This document shows positions 11,601 through 20,749 of a DNA stretch of 64,000 nucleotides, in pieces. How positions within the stretch are numbered: position 1 is the stretch's first letter; each line of letters begins with the position of its first letter. A program made the position numbers and the translations under genes. Source of the DNA: Alphaproteobacteria bacterium (GTDB lineage Bacteria > Pseudomonadota > Alphaproteobacteria > UBA2966); contig OZ219858.1 in NCBI GenBank assembly GCA_964291395.2, forward strand, positions 448,001 to 512,000, written 5' to 3'. Below the pieces are notes generated by a model, which searched no databases, had not been told where the DNA came from, and saw only the letters and a list, made by a program, of their open reading frames with translations.

Positions 11601-13298
11601 CTAGTTCCGGCTTTCGAGAAGGCGACGGGCGATGACCTGGGCCTGGATCTCGGCCGCCCCCTCGAAGATGTTGAGAATGCGCGCATCGCACATGATCCGG
11701 CTGATCGGATACTCCTCGGCATAGCCGTTGCCGCCGTGGATCTGCACGGCGTTATCGGCCGCCGACCAGGCGACTCGTGCGGCCAGGAGCTTGGCCATGC
11801 CGGCCTCGAGATCGCAGCGCCGTTCGGCATCCTTTTCGCGCGCCGCGAAGTACGTGAGCTGGCGCGCCGTCATGGTCTCGGCGGCGGCCCAGGCGAGCTT
11901 CCCGTGCACGCGCGGAAACGCATAGATCTCCTTGCCGAATTGTCGGCGCTCGCGGGCGTAGCGGAGCCCCGTCTCCAGCGCGCTCTGCGCTACGCCGACG
12001 GCCCGGGCCGCGGTCTGGATCCGGGCCGACTCGAAGGTCGCCATCAACTGCTTGAAGCCGTTCCCCTCCTCTTCGCCGAGCAGGCAATCGGCAGGCACCT
12101 CGAACCCGTCGAAGGAGATCTCGTACTCCTTCATGCCGCGGTAGCCGAGGACCCGGATCTCGCCTCCGGACATCCCCCTGGCGGGAAAGGGGTCGTCGTC
12201 GGTGCCGCGCGGTTTCTCCGCGATGAACATGGAAAGGCCCCGGTAGCCGGGCTCGTCGGGGTCCGTACGGGCGAGCAGGGTCATCATGTCGCTCCGCGCA
12301 CCGTGGGTGATCCAGGTCTTGTTTCCGGTGATCCGGTAGACCCCGCCGTCACGGACGGCCCGGGTGCGCAGGCCTCCCATATCCGAGCCCACGTTGGGTT
12401 CGGTGAACACGGCGGTGGGCACGACCTCGCCCGAGGCGATGGAGGCGAGCCAGCGCTCCCGTTGCGCGCCGGTACCGTGGATGCGGATGAGCTCGGCGGC
12501 GATCTCGGACCGCGTGCCGAGCGAGCCCACCCCGATGTAGCCCCGACTCAGCTCCTCGGAAACCACGCACATGGAGGTCTTGCCGAGCGCGAGCCCTCCG
12601 TATTCCTCGGGCACCGTCAAGCCGAAGACGCCGAGCTCCGACATCTCCTCGATGATTTCGACGGGGATGAGCTCATCCCTGACATGCCACCCATGCGCAC
12701 GGGGCGCGACCTTCTCGTCGGAGAAGCGGCGGAACTGGTCGCGCACCAAGGCCAGCGTATCGTCGAGGCCGAGGTTCCCGAAATCGCCGGTCTCGGCGGA
12801 CTCGGCGATGAGGCCGGCCAACAGACCGCGCGCGTCGGCGGTATTGCCGCAGGCGATCAGCAGACCAGCGGCGGAGCGTCGGAAGGTCTCGACGTCGCCC
12901 TCGTCGACACCGATGTCCGACGGGCGCACGACCTCGCCCTGGCTCATGGCGATGCCGCCGGAGAGCTGTGCGAGGTATTCGCCGAAGGCGATCTGGAGCT
13001 GCAGCGACTCCCGGTCCTGGAGCGCGCCCCCGGCTTCGAGCCGCTCCGCCCAGCCGAGGGTTTGGCGCAGAGCCTCGACATAGGTCGCCATCCAGGCGAA
13101 GCCGTGCGCGGCGAATTGAGCCGCCTCGAGCGTCTTGCCGCTGACACGGCTCTCCACCATGACCCGATCGGCCAACGACCGCTTCGCCGCCGCCACGAAG
13201 CGGTCCGCGGCGGCCAGGGCGCCCCGGCACGCCGGCAGGAGATCGGAGAGGAGGGCGGAGGCCCCCGCCGTGGGTTCCGCGATGGCGCCGAACGTCAA
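11601..13298 (-). CDS. mcd: Acyl-CoA dehydrogenase, probably (2S)-methylsuccinyl-CoA dehydrogenase
   Basis: N-terminal extension AAHGFAWMATYVEALRQ, GSLGTRSEIAAELI, TEPNVGSD, VLGYRGMKEY, IFEGAAEIQA; TTG start inferred from GGAG upstream. Confidence 0.8.
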   Translation of the reverse strand: MTFGAIAEPTAGASALLSDLLPACRGALAAADRFVAAAKRSLADRVMVESRVSGKTLEAAQFAAHGFAWMATYVEALRQTLGWAERLEAGGALQDRESLQLQIAFGEYLAQLSGGIAMSQGEVVRPSDIGVDEGDVETFRRSAAGLLIACGNTADARGLLAGLIAESAETGDFGNLGLDDTLALVRDQFRRFSDEKVAPRAHGWHVRDELIPVEIIEEMSELGVFGLTVPEEYGGLALGKTSMCVVSEELSRGYIGVGSLGTRSEIAAELIRIHGTGAQRERWLASIASGEVVPTAVFTEPNVGSDMGGLRTRAVRDGGVYRITGNKTWITHGARSDMMTLLARTDPDEPGYRGLSMFIAEKPRGTDDDPFPARGMSGGEIRVLGYRGMKEYEISFDGFEVPADCLLGEEEGNGFKQLMATFESARIQTAARAVGVAQSALETGLRYARERRQFGKEIYAFPRVHGKLAWAAAETMTARQLTYFAAREKDAERRCDLEAGMAKLLAARVAWSAADNAVQIHGGNGYAEEYPISRIMCDARILNIFEGAAEIQAQVIARRLLESRN

Positions 13299-13375
13299 GG
13301 TCGATCTCCGAACTCCGTTATCCCGATGGTGTCTCCGAGCCGGCACGCCGCCCGCTCCGGCAGGAGAATACCGCC

Positions 13376-14239
13376 TCAAGTCCCGCGGAGTCCCACCATA
13401 TCCCGGATATCGCCCGGCGAGGCGCCCCGATCCCGCAGAGTCCGCAACGCCATCGCCTTGTTCCGGGTGGCGAGGCGCCGCCCCGCATCGTCGATGATCA
13501 GCCGGTGGTGGTGATAGCGCGGTACCGGCAGGTCGAGAAGCGCCTGCAGCAGCCGATGAACGTGGGTCGCCGGCATCAGGTCGAGACCGCGCGTCACCAG
13601 AGTCACGTCTTGGAGCGCATCGTCGACGGTGACGGCAAGGTGGTAGCTCGTCGGGGTGTCTTTCCGTGCGATCACCACGTCGCCGTGCAACGTCCCGTCA
13701 ACCGGTTGTTCGCCGGCTTCGGCGTCGGTCCAGGTGATCCGGTCGCCGCGTTCGCGGATGACCTGCGCCACCCGGCCCGCGTCGAGGCGTAGCGCGAAGG
13801 CCTCTCCCGCATTCGCGCGTCTGCACCGCTCGCGCTCGTCGAACTGTCTGCAGGTTCCCGGATAGAGGGGGCCGTCCGGTCCATGGGGCGCTCTGGGGCT
13901 GCGCTCGATCTCGGCCCGGATGTCGGCGCGCGTGCAGAAGCAGGGATAGACGACGCCCATCGCCCTCAAGCGATCCACGGCCCGTTCGTAGTCCGCCATG
14001 TGCTCCGATTGACGCCGGACGGGCGTCTCCCATTCGAGGCCCAGCCAGGCAAGGTCTTCGAAGATGGCCCGCTCGAATTCCGGCCTGGCACGGGAGATGT
14101 CGATATCCTCGATGCGCAGCAGGAACCGGCCCCCGGCGCGGCGGGCCGCGGCCGCCGCGAACAGGGCCGAATAGGCGTGACCCAGGTGCAGGTGTCCCGT
14201 CGGGCTCGGGGCAAACCTCGTGACGATTTCGTCCGACAT
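13376..14239 (-). CDS. gluQ: Glutamyl-Q tRNA(Asp) synthetase
   Basis: TRFAPSPTGHLHLGH, RIEDID, YPCFCTR, YPGTCR; short, no anticodon-binding domain. Confidence 0.9.
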   Translation of the reverse strand: MSDEIVTRFAPSPTGHLHLGHAYSALFAAAAARRAGGRFLLRIEDIDISRARPEFERAIFEDLAWLGLEWETPVRRQSEHMADYERAVDRLRAMGVVYPCFCTRADIRAEIERSPRAPHGPDGPLYPGTCRQFDERERCRRANAGEAFALRLDAGRVAQVIRERGDRITWTDAEAGEQPVDGTLHGDVVIARKDTPTSYHLAVTVDDALQDVTLVTRGLDLMPATHVHRLLQALLDLPVPRYHHHRLIIDDAGRRLATRNKAMALRTLRDRGASPGDIRDMVGLRGT

Positions 14240-14279
14240 GGCCGTGACAATAGGGCAGTTCTTCGGCTAACTCACATCC

Positions 14280-14933
14280 ATGGCGCGGACCCGGATGACC
14301 AGGCGCGAACGCGAGGATCGCATCGCCAGGGCGGTGGCGGAGCTCACGTCGCACGACGCCGATCTCGCGCGGGCCCGGGAAGTCGGCGGCCCGTTCCACG
14401 ACCGCTCGCGCAAGGCCGGCTTCGAGACACTGGTCCTGCTCGTCGTCGAACAGCAGCTGTCGCTCGCTTCGGCGGCCGCCATCATGGGACGCGTCAGGGA
14501 GGCCGTCGTGCCGTTCACGCCGGAAACCCTGCTGGGCCTCGGTGAACGCCGCCTGCGCGGCCTCGGCCTCAGTGGCGCCAAGGTCGAGTACTGCCGGGCT
14601 CTCGCCCAGGCCTTCGTCGACGGGAACCTCAAGCCGGCACGGCTGGCCCGCCTCGACGATGAGGCCGCCGTCGCGGAGTTGACCAAGGTCAAGGGGATCG
14701 GGCCGTGGACCGCGGAAATCTACCTGCTGTCCGCGTTGGGCCGGCTCGACGTGCTGCCGGCGGGTGATCTCGCCCTTCAGGCCGCGGCGCAGCATCTCTA
14801 CGGTCTCGAGGAGCGTCCGGATGCCAAGGCCCTGCGCGAGAGGGGAGAGAACTGGCGACCCTACCGAAGCGTTGCCGCGCGCATCCTTTGGCAGTACTAC
14901 CGTGCCCTCAAGGGGCGCGAAGTGGCTCCGTGA
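14280..14933 (+). CDS. DNA-3-methyladenine glycosylase (AlkA/HhH-GPD family)
   Basis: EQQLSLASA, KGIGPWTAE, PAGDLAL, WRPYRSVAARILW. Confidence 0.88.
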   Translation: MARTRMTRREREDRIARAVAELTSHDADLARAREVGGPFHDRSRKAGFETLVLLVVEQQLSLASAAAIMGRVREAVVPFTPETLLGLGERRLRGLGLSGAKVEYCRALAQAFVDGNLKPARLARLDDEAAVAELTKVKGIGPWTAEIYLLSALGRLDVLPAGDLALQAAAQHLYGLEERPDAKALRERGENWRPYRSVAARILWQYYRALKGREVAP

Positions 14934-14951
14934 AGCGGACGGGAGAGACAG

Positions 14952-15641
14952 GTGACGGCTGAGATCGGATCGGTGTCGATCATGTGGACCGAGATTCCGG
15001 AGGCGATCGCGTACGACCTCAACGAGTGGTACGACCGGGAACATGTCAGGAACCGGGTCGATGTTCCGGGATACGTCTGGGGCAAGAGGTACAAGGCCGT
15101 CCACGGCGGGCCGTCCTACATGGCCGTCTATGCCACCGAGGGCCCTCACGTCCAGGCGGGCGATGACTTCCTCCACGTTGTCACGAATCCGACGCCCGGC
15201 GAGACCCGATTCGCCCCTCATTTCTACAATTCCATCCGCATGATGTGCGACGTCACGGCGAGCGTCGGAGACTCCGAAGGTGGTATCGCCGGCTTCCTGA
15301 CACTGACGCCGAAGGACGGTGCGGCCGAGGAACTGCGGACCCACGTCGTCGAAACCGTGCTGCCCGCCCTCGTGGCCCATCACGGCGTCGTGGCCGCCCA
15401 CCTGTGGGAGCGGAACGCCGAGACCACGGCCATGGCGTCGCGGAGCTTCCCGGGCGACAATCTACCCAGGAGCATGATGGTGCCGGACTGGTTGCTGGCC
15501 TACGAGGGGACGTCCCTGGAAGACGTTCTGGCAGCCAAGAACGGACTGCTCACGGAAAGGGACCTGCGGAGTCACGGTGCGGAGTCGGATCTGCTCTTCG
15601 CCGCCATGCAGCTCACGTTTCGCTACGAGCACAAGGGCTGA
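14952..15641 (+). CDS. Hypothetical protein (DUF4286/EthD-like dimeric alpha+beta barrel)
   Basis: LNEWYDREHVRNRVDVPG...KRY...YMAVY pattern; strong coding bias. Confidence 0.6.
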   Translation: MTAEIGSVSIMWTEIPEAIAYDLNEWYDREHVRNRVDVPGYVWGKRYKAVHGGPSYMAVYATEGPHVQAGDDFLHVVTNPTPGETRFAPHFYNSIRMMCDVTASVGDSEGGIAGFLTLTPKDGAAEELRTHVVETVLPALVAHHGVVAAHLWERNAETTAMASRSFPGDNLPRSMMVPDWLLAYEGTSLEDVLAAKNGLLTERDLRSHGAESDLLFAAMQLTFRYEHKG

Positions 15642-15643
15642 TC

Positions 15644-16402
15644 ATGGCACCGCCGCCCCGTCTCGACGGTCCTCGAATGCCGCCCGCCTATGGCGGTCCG
15701 CCGCGCCAGCTCGTTATCCTGCTCCACGGCTACGGCGCGGACGGCAACGATCTCATCTCTCTCGGAGGATACTGGCAGGCGCGCCTGCCGGGCGCCGCCT
15801 TCGTCGCCCCCAACGGTCCCGAGTTCTCGGAGGTGGTGCCCCAGGGCCGCCAGTGGTTCTCGCTCGGAAATTACGATCCGAATCGTCTGCGACGCGACCC
15901 CAACGGCGCGGCCGCGGAATACGAGCGCCGTGCGGCCGATGCGGAGAAGGCGGCGCCCGCTCTCGACGCCTTCATCGACGCCGAGCTCGAACGCCACGGC
16001 TTGAGCGACGAGTCGCTGGCCCTCGTCGGCTTCAGCCAGGGCACCATGATGTCTCTGTACGTAAGCCTTCGGCGCGAACGCCAGTGCGCCGCGGTCGTCG
16101 GGTTCTCCGGCGCACTGTGCGGCGCGACGGATACGCCGGCCGCCACGCGTTCGCGTCCGCCGGTTTTCCTGTTCCACGGCGATGCGGACGAGGTCGTCCC
16201 CATCCATGCGCTCTTCCTCAGCGTCGAAGGTCTTGCGGCGGCGGGCGTCTCGGTGGAATGGCACATCTGCGCCCGCCTCGGGCACGGCATTGCACCCGAC
16301 GCGCTGGAAATCGGCGGCAGATTCCTGGCCGACGCGTTCTCGGGCGTCCGCACGCCGGGCGAGGTCGCCCGGATCAAGACGCGGCAAGACCAACGCCTTT
16401 GA
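15644..16402 (+). CDS. Phospholipase/carboxylesterase (alpha/beta hydrolase)
   Basis: LLHGYGADGNDL, GFSQG nucleophile elbow, HGDADEVVP, GHGI. Confidence 0.88.
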   Translation: MAPPPRLDGPRMPPAYGGPPRQLVILLHGYGADGNDLISLGGYWQARLPGAAFVAPNGPEFSEVVPQGRQWFSLGNYDPNRLRRDPNGAAAEYERRAADAEKAAPALDAFIDAELERHGLSDESLALVGFSQGTMMSLYVSLRRERQCAAVVGFSGALCGATDTPAATRSRPPVFLFHGDADEVVPIHALFLSVEGLAAAGVSVEWHICARLGHGIAPDALEIGGRFLADAFSGVRTPGEVARIKTRQDQRL

Positions 16403-16432
16403 CCGACCCGAACGCTGCGTCTGAACCGACAG

Positions 16433-16855
16433 CTAGGGCAGGACATCGAATCCTTCCCGGCGCGCCGCGTCGGACAGGCGATCGTCGAGGCAAACAAACT
16501 CCAAAACTTCGGGATTCCGTTCCGAGGCCACCAGGGCCGCGGCCAGTTGCAGGGAGTCGGCCGCGCGAAGGGTGTGCACCCGAAGCAGTCTCTCCGCCAA
16601 ATTGCGAACCTGGAGCGACGGACTGACCTCGATCCAGGTGGGACCAATGGCGCGCAAGCGCCGGATCGCGTCGTTTGCGGCGATGAGCTCCATGTCCCCC
16701 GCGCGTTCCCGCCGGGCAATGGCGGAGACGCATTCGACCGGCGCGCCCCACCAGACGATCAACTCACCGTCGCTCTCGAGAAGGTCGAGAAGCTTTTCTC
16801 GTGCCGTTTCGAAAACGAGGAGCGGCACCAGCGCCGAACTGTCCCAGAACTTCAT
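16433..16855 (-). CDS. vapC: VapC-family PIN-domain toxin
   Basis: MKFWDSSALVPL, RAADSLQLAAA, FVCLDDRL; overlaps the antitoxin stop (ATGA). Confidence 0.88.
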   Translation of the reverse strand: MKFWDSSALVPLLVFETAREKLLDLLESDGELIVWWGAPVECVSAIARRERAGDMELIAANDAIRRLRAIGPTWIEVSPSLQVRNLAERLLRVHTLRAADSLQLAAALVASERNPEVLEFVCLDDRLSDAARREGFDVLP

Positions 16856-17139
16856 CGGCCTTCCAGTCGCTCCTCGAGGAGCGCTTCAAGAACGCTTTCG
16901 CCAGATCGCGGTGGGTTGGCTCGTAACAGGTCCAAAGGCACGGGATTCGTCGGACGCCGGATGAGGCCCGACGACTCGAGGCGGGTAAGCCGAGAGTCCC
17001 CTTCTTGCTCGCCCGTGACCGGCTCGATTCGCGCGACGGGGCGGTCGCGGTCAAGCACGAGGATACTCTCGCCGACGCGAACCCGACGCAGGTAAGCACT
17101 CAGCTTGTTTTTCAGATCAGCTATAGTAACTACTTTCAT
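16852..17139 (-). CDS. Phd/YefM-family antitoxin
   Basis: IADLKNKLSAYLRRVRVGESILVLDRDRPVARI. Confidence 0.88.
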   Translation of the reverse strand: MKVVTIADLKNKLSAYLRRVRVGESILVLDRDRPVARIEPVTGEQEGDSRLTRLESSGLIRRPTNPVPLDLLRANPPRSGESVLEALLEERLEGR

Positions 17140-17158
17140 ATAGCTAATATAGCTATAT
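17138..17158 (-). promoter_or_regulatory. Probable leaderless promoter / autoregulatory operator of the TA operon
   Basis: Tandem ATATAGCTA x2 containing the perfect palindrome ATATAGCTATAT; minus strand reads TATATT-AGCTAT-ATG, with no Shine-Dalgarno. Confidence 0.6.
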
Positions 17159-17420
17159 CAGTACGAATCACCACACGTATCTCGTCCGGCGGCAACGGGA
17201 TTCGTTCCCCGCGACCATCCGACGTTGACCGGCCGGGGGAGGTGGATTCGGATCAGCCTCGAGGTTCCGCCGTCACGCAATCGAAACATGGTACGTGTCA
17301 CGCAGTGGCGCGCACCATGTTGTGTTTTGGGGGATCGTTCACCACAATGCCCGCCATCGACGAACGGTGCGGAGTTGGAAGCCCGGCGAAACGCCAGCTT
17401 GTAAACTGACTGACACGGTC

Positions 17421-17972
17421 ATGACCGGATCATTGGAAGGCTCGCCAGCCCTCGTCCTGAACGCGGATTACCAGCCGCTCAGCTATTTTCCCCTGTCGCT
17501 GTGGCCGTGGCAGGAGGCCGTCAAGGCCGTTTTCCTCGACCGGGTCAATATCGTTTCCGAGTATGAACGCTGGATTTCCTCGCCTTCCTTCAAGATGCGG
17601 CTGCCCAGCGTGGTTTCGCTCAAGCGCTACGTGAAACCGGCTCACAAACCCGCATTCACGCGGTTCAACGTATTTCTCCGCGATTCGTTCGCCTGCCAGT
17701 ATTGCGGCAGCAACAGCGATCTGACCTTCGATCATCTGGTGCCGCGCTCGCAGGGCGGACGAACCCGGTGGAGCAACGTGGTGGCGGCCTGTTCCCGCTG
17801 CAATCTCAAAAAGGGCGGTCGCCGTCCCCAGCAGGCGGGCATGTATCCCCGCACCCTGCCCGTCGAGCCCTCGATATTCCAGCTGCAGCAGATCGGACGC
17901 CGCTTCCCGCCGAACCACCTTCACGAAAGTTGGCGGGACTACCTCTACTGGGATACCGAGCTCGAGCCCTAG
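17421..17972 (+). CDS. HNH endonuclease (McrA-like, conserved alphaproteobacterial family)
   Basis: ALVLNADYQPLSYFPLS, FTRFNVFLRD, CQYCG, TFDHLVPRS, ACSRCN. Confidence 0.9.
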   Translation: MTGSLEGSPALVLNADYQPLSYFPLSLWPWQEAVKAVFLDRVNIVSEYERWISSPSFKMRLPSVVSLKRYVKPAHKPAFTRFNVFLRDSFACQYCGSNSDLTFDHLVPRSQGGRTRWSNVVAACSRCNLKKGGRRPQQAGMYPRTLPVEPSIFQLQQIGRRFPPNHLHESWRDYLYWDTELEP

Positions 17973-18024
17973 GCCGCAACGCGACCCGTCGGGCAGGGAT
18001 TGGCGCGCGCTCGCGTTCGGCCCT

Positions 18025-18642
18025 TCAGAGACGTTCCGAAAGCCAGATCGCCAGGCGTGAGCCCGCCTTGATCGCCGACGTCAGCGCCTGGTAGCCCGGC
18101 GTCTCGAGGGCGCCCCGTTCCAACGCTTCGTCGCGATGGGCGATCTCGTCGGCACGGAACCGTTCGATGGTGTCGCGCAACGCGACCTCGTCATCGCCGA
18201 GTTGTTCGGCCTGCCTTTGATAATGCTCGTCGATCACCTCCTCGATGGCGACGGTGCAGGCATGCGCGGCCTTCTCACCCATGAGAGCGGTTCCCGCGCC
18301 CAGCGCGAACCCGGCGGCATGCCACAGCGGCGTCAGCGCGGTCGGCCGGACCCGCCGGTCCACGATCAGCCGCTCGAAGGCCTCCAGGTGCTCGCGCTCC
18401 TGGTCCGCCATGCGCCGGAGCGCCGCACCGACCGGGCTCTTGCCCAGGACCGACATCTGGCCTTCATAGATGCGGACGGCACCGAACTCACCCGCGTGAT
18501 CGACCCGGATCATGCGCTCGACGAGCGTCTCGGGCGGCAGGTCGCCGGGCAGACGATCCTCGCCCGTGCGTTTCGGGCGACGACGACGCGGGGCGGGCGC
18601 GCCCGGAGCGTCTCGGCCCCGCCGATGATCGGCCTTCTTCAT
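18025..18642 (-). CDS. coq7: Demethoxyubiquinone hydroxylase (Coq7 family)
   Basis: RVDHAGEFGAVRIYEGQ, EEVIDEHY, DEIAH di-iron motifs. Confidence 0.9.
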   Translation of the reverse strand: MKKADHRRGRDAPGAPAPRRRRPKRTGEDRLPGDLPPETLVERMIRVDHAGEFGAVRIYEGQMSVLGKSPVGAALRRMADQEREHLEAFERLIVDRRVRPTALTPLWHAAGFALGAGTALMGEKAAHACTVAIEEVIDEHYQRQAEQLGDDEVALRDTIERFRADEIAHRDEALERGALETPGYQALTSAIKAGSRLAIWLSERL

Positions 18643-19154
18643 GCGGCTTCCCGTCTGAGATTGGCGCGGGCTGCCAAGGCCGCGAACCCGGCCAGCACCA
18701 GGGAGAAGAGGAAATTGTACCCCGCCATCGAGACACCGAACAGCGACCAGGCGACTTCGTCGCAGCGAGCCGTGGGCGCGGACATGATTTGCGCGCGCAG
18801 CTCGTCCACGGACCGCGCGCTGCCGGTGGCAGCGCCCGTGCAGGCTTCCGTTCCGGCCCACCAGTGCTGTTCGACGCCGACGTGGTAGGCGGCGATTCCG
18901 GCGCCGATCAGGAAGGCCGCCGCGGCGAGACCATGCAGGCCTCCCACCGCTCGAGGGTTGCTCGCCGTCACGAAGCCGATGACGGCGAACGAGATCGTCG
19001 CCGCGTAGGGCATTCGTTGGTAGATGCACAGGACACAGGGCTCGAGCCCGCCGGCGTACTGTGAGAACAGTGCGCTGCCCAGCGCCGCGGCACTGGCGAA
19101 CAGGACCAACAGCGTGCTGGTGCGCGGGCGCAGGAGTTCAGCCATGAAGGTCAT
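18639..19154 (-). CDS. dsbB: Disulfide bond formation protein DsbB family
   Basis: PCVLCIYQR, YHVGVEQHWW...C...CDE...LFGVSMA. Confidence 0.88.
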   Translation of the reverse strand: MTFMAELLRPRTSTLLVLFASAAALGSALFSQYAGGLEPCVLCIYQRMPYAATISFAVIGFVTASNPRAVGGLHGLAAAAFLIGAGIAAYHVGVEQHWWAGTEACTGAATGSARSVDELRAQIMSAPTARCDEVAWSLFGVSMAGYNFLFSLVLAGFAALAARANLRREAA

Positions 19155-19199
19155 TACCGAACCGGTGCAATTTCGGGGCGTCGTGAGCGATATGGCGCC

Positions 19200-19781
19200 T
19201 CAGATCGCATAACGCAAGATGATGAAGCCCGCGAACAAGGTCACGACGAAGACCGTCGCGGCAACCTTCAGGTTCTCCTCCAAGAAGGCCCGGATCGGCA
19301 GTCCGTAACGCCGGAGCAGGAAGGCGACGGCGTAGAACCGGAGCCCCCGCGAGATCAGCGAGCCGGCGATGAAAGGGACGAGACCCAGGCCGGTCACCCC
19401 GCTCGCGATCGTGAACACCTTGTACGGGAGCGGCGTCAGGCCGGCTGCGAAGACGATGAACAGGCCCCACTCGTTGTACTGCGCCTGGAAGTCCGCGAAG
19501 CGCTCGGTGTATCCATAGAAAGCGAGCAGAGGGCGGCCGACGGTCTCGTGGACGAAAAACCCGATGGCGTAGCCCGCGACTCCGCCAAGGACCGAGGACA
19601 GGGTGCAGACCGCGGCGATGACGTAAGCGCGGGCGCGGGCCGCCAGGACCATCGGGATCAGCATGACGTCGGGAGCGATGGGGAAGAACGAACTCTCGGC
19701 GAACGACACGAGGGCCAGCGCCGGAATTGCGTGGCGGTGCGCCGCGAGCGAAAGAATCCAGTCGTAGAGACGTCGGAGCAC
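19200..19781 (-). CDS. YqaA/DedA-family membrane protein
   Basis: LRRLYDW, SFAESSFFPIAPD, GLTPLPYKVFTIASG; GTG start inferred. Confidence 0.85.
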   Translation of the reverse strand: MLRRLYDWILSLAAHRHAIPALALVSFAESSFFPIAPDVMLIPMVLAARARAYVIAAVCTLSSVLGGVAGYAIGFFVHETVGRPLLAFYGYTERFADFQAQYNEWGLFIVFAAGLTPLPYKVFTIASGVTGLGLVPFIAGSLISRGLRFYAVAFLLRRYGLPIRAFLEENLKVAATVFVVTLFAGFIILRYAI

Positions 19782-19940
19782 GGGCAGGCCGTTCGGTTCG
19801 GGTGCCGGAGCGTGCGCCGCTATATCAGGGGATGGGACGGGGAGCAATGAACTTGAGCGCACCAAAGGGCGCCGCGCGGCCCCGAATGCGCGGCACCGCA
19901 TTGTTGACCGCCGACGGCCCTCGATTATGATCCGCCCCGT

Positions 19941-20027
19941 GCCCCTGTGGCGAAATCGGTAGACGCGACAGACTCAAAATCTGTTGTCCGCAAGGACGTG
20001 CTGGTTCGAGTCCGGCCGGGGGCACCA
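19941..20027 (+). tRNA. tRNA-Leu(CAA)
   Basis: GCCCCTG acceptor, anticodon arm ACAGA-CTCAAAA-TCTGT, long variable arm, GGTTCGAGTCC, encoded CCA; 87 nt. Confidence 0.96.
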
Positions 20028-20152
20028 TCCGCCGTCGCCTCGCAGAACCGTGGTCGGCCAGCCAGTCGCGCGGGGGCGTTGGAGAAGAGGACGCCGTGCC
20101 GAAGGCCTGAGAGGGCGAAGGCGGGCAGTGTCTGAACAGTCCGGCATCGACC

Positions 20153-20749
20153 ATGCACGATCGGAATCAGTTGCTGACCGAGTTCATCGATGCGCTGGCC
20201 GTCGCCGCCGGGGCCGCGCCGACTGCCGGCGTGAAAGGGCGTATCGCCGTCGACAGGATTTTCTCGATGCTGGCCGGGCCGAGAACGACGGGCTCCGGCC
20301 AATCCATTCAGCTTGACGCGTGCCGACATCTCGACCGGGCCTTGGCCAACGCACGACGCGGCCCCGAGGCGGTCGCGCGTTTGGCCGACGCCTTCGCCCC
20401 GCTGGCACGCGACCTCCACTGGCGTCTTCGCCCGCCGGAGGAGGGTGAGGACCCGGCCTTCCGCGACGGACACGCCAACGCAGACGTCATCGGACCATCC
20501 GGCCTCGAACGGCATGACGATATCGTCGTCGGCGCAACCCTGCTCGCGCCCGGCGTGACCTTTCCGAACCACCGCCATCCCCCGGAAGAGGTCTACGTCG
20601 TGATGAGCGAGGGTGACTGGTTCAACGATGACGCGGGCTGGCACAAGCCCGGTGTCGGCGGGCTGATCTACCACCGTCCCGAGATCACCCACGCGATGCG
20701 TTCGGGGCAGGAACCATTGCTGGCGTTCTGGTGCCTGCACCGCCCGTGA
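20153..20749 (+). CDS. DMSP lyase family cupin (DddL/DddQ-like)
   Basis: HANADVIGPSGLE..DIVVGATLLAPGVTFPNHRHPPEEVY...HAMRSGQEPLLAFWCL. Confidence 0.75.
   Translation: MHDRNQLLTEFIDALAVAAGAAPTAGVKGRIAVDRIFSMLAGPRTTGSGQSIQLDACRHLDRALANARRGPEAVARLADAFAPLARDLHWRLRPPEEGEDPAFRDGHANADVIGPSGLERHDDIVVGATLLAPGVTFPNHRHPPEEVYVVMSEGDWFNDDAGWHKPGVGGLIYHRPEITHAMRSGQEPLLAFWCLHRP

Noticed and set aside
16385-17240. Possible direct repeat flanking the first TA pair (GACCA...TTGACCG at ~16388 and ~17213)
   Set aside because: Too short and gapped to distinguish from background.
17421-17972. HNH nuclease next to a TA pair as a novel defence system
   Set aside because: This HNH family is a widespread core-like alphaproteobacterial gene and is transcribed away from the TA pair.
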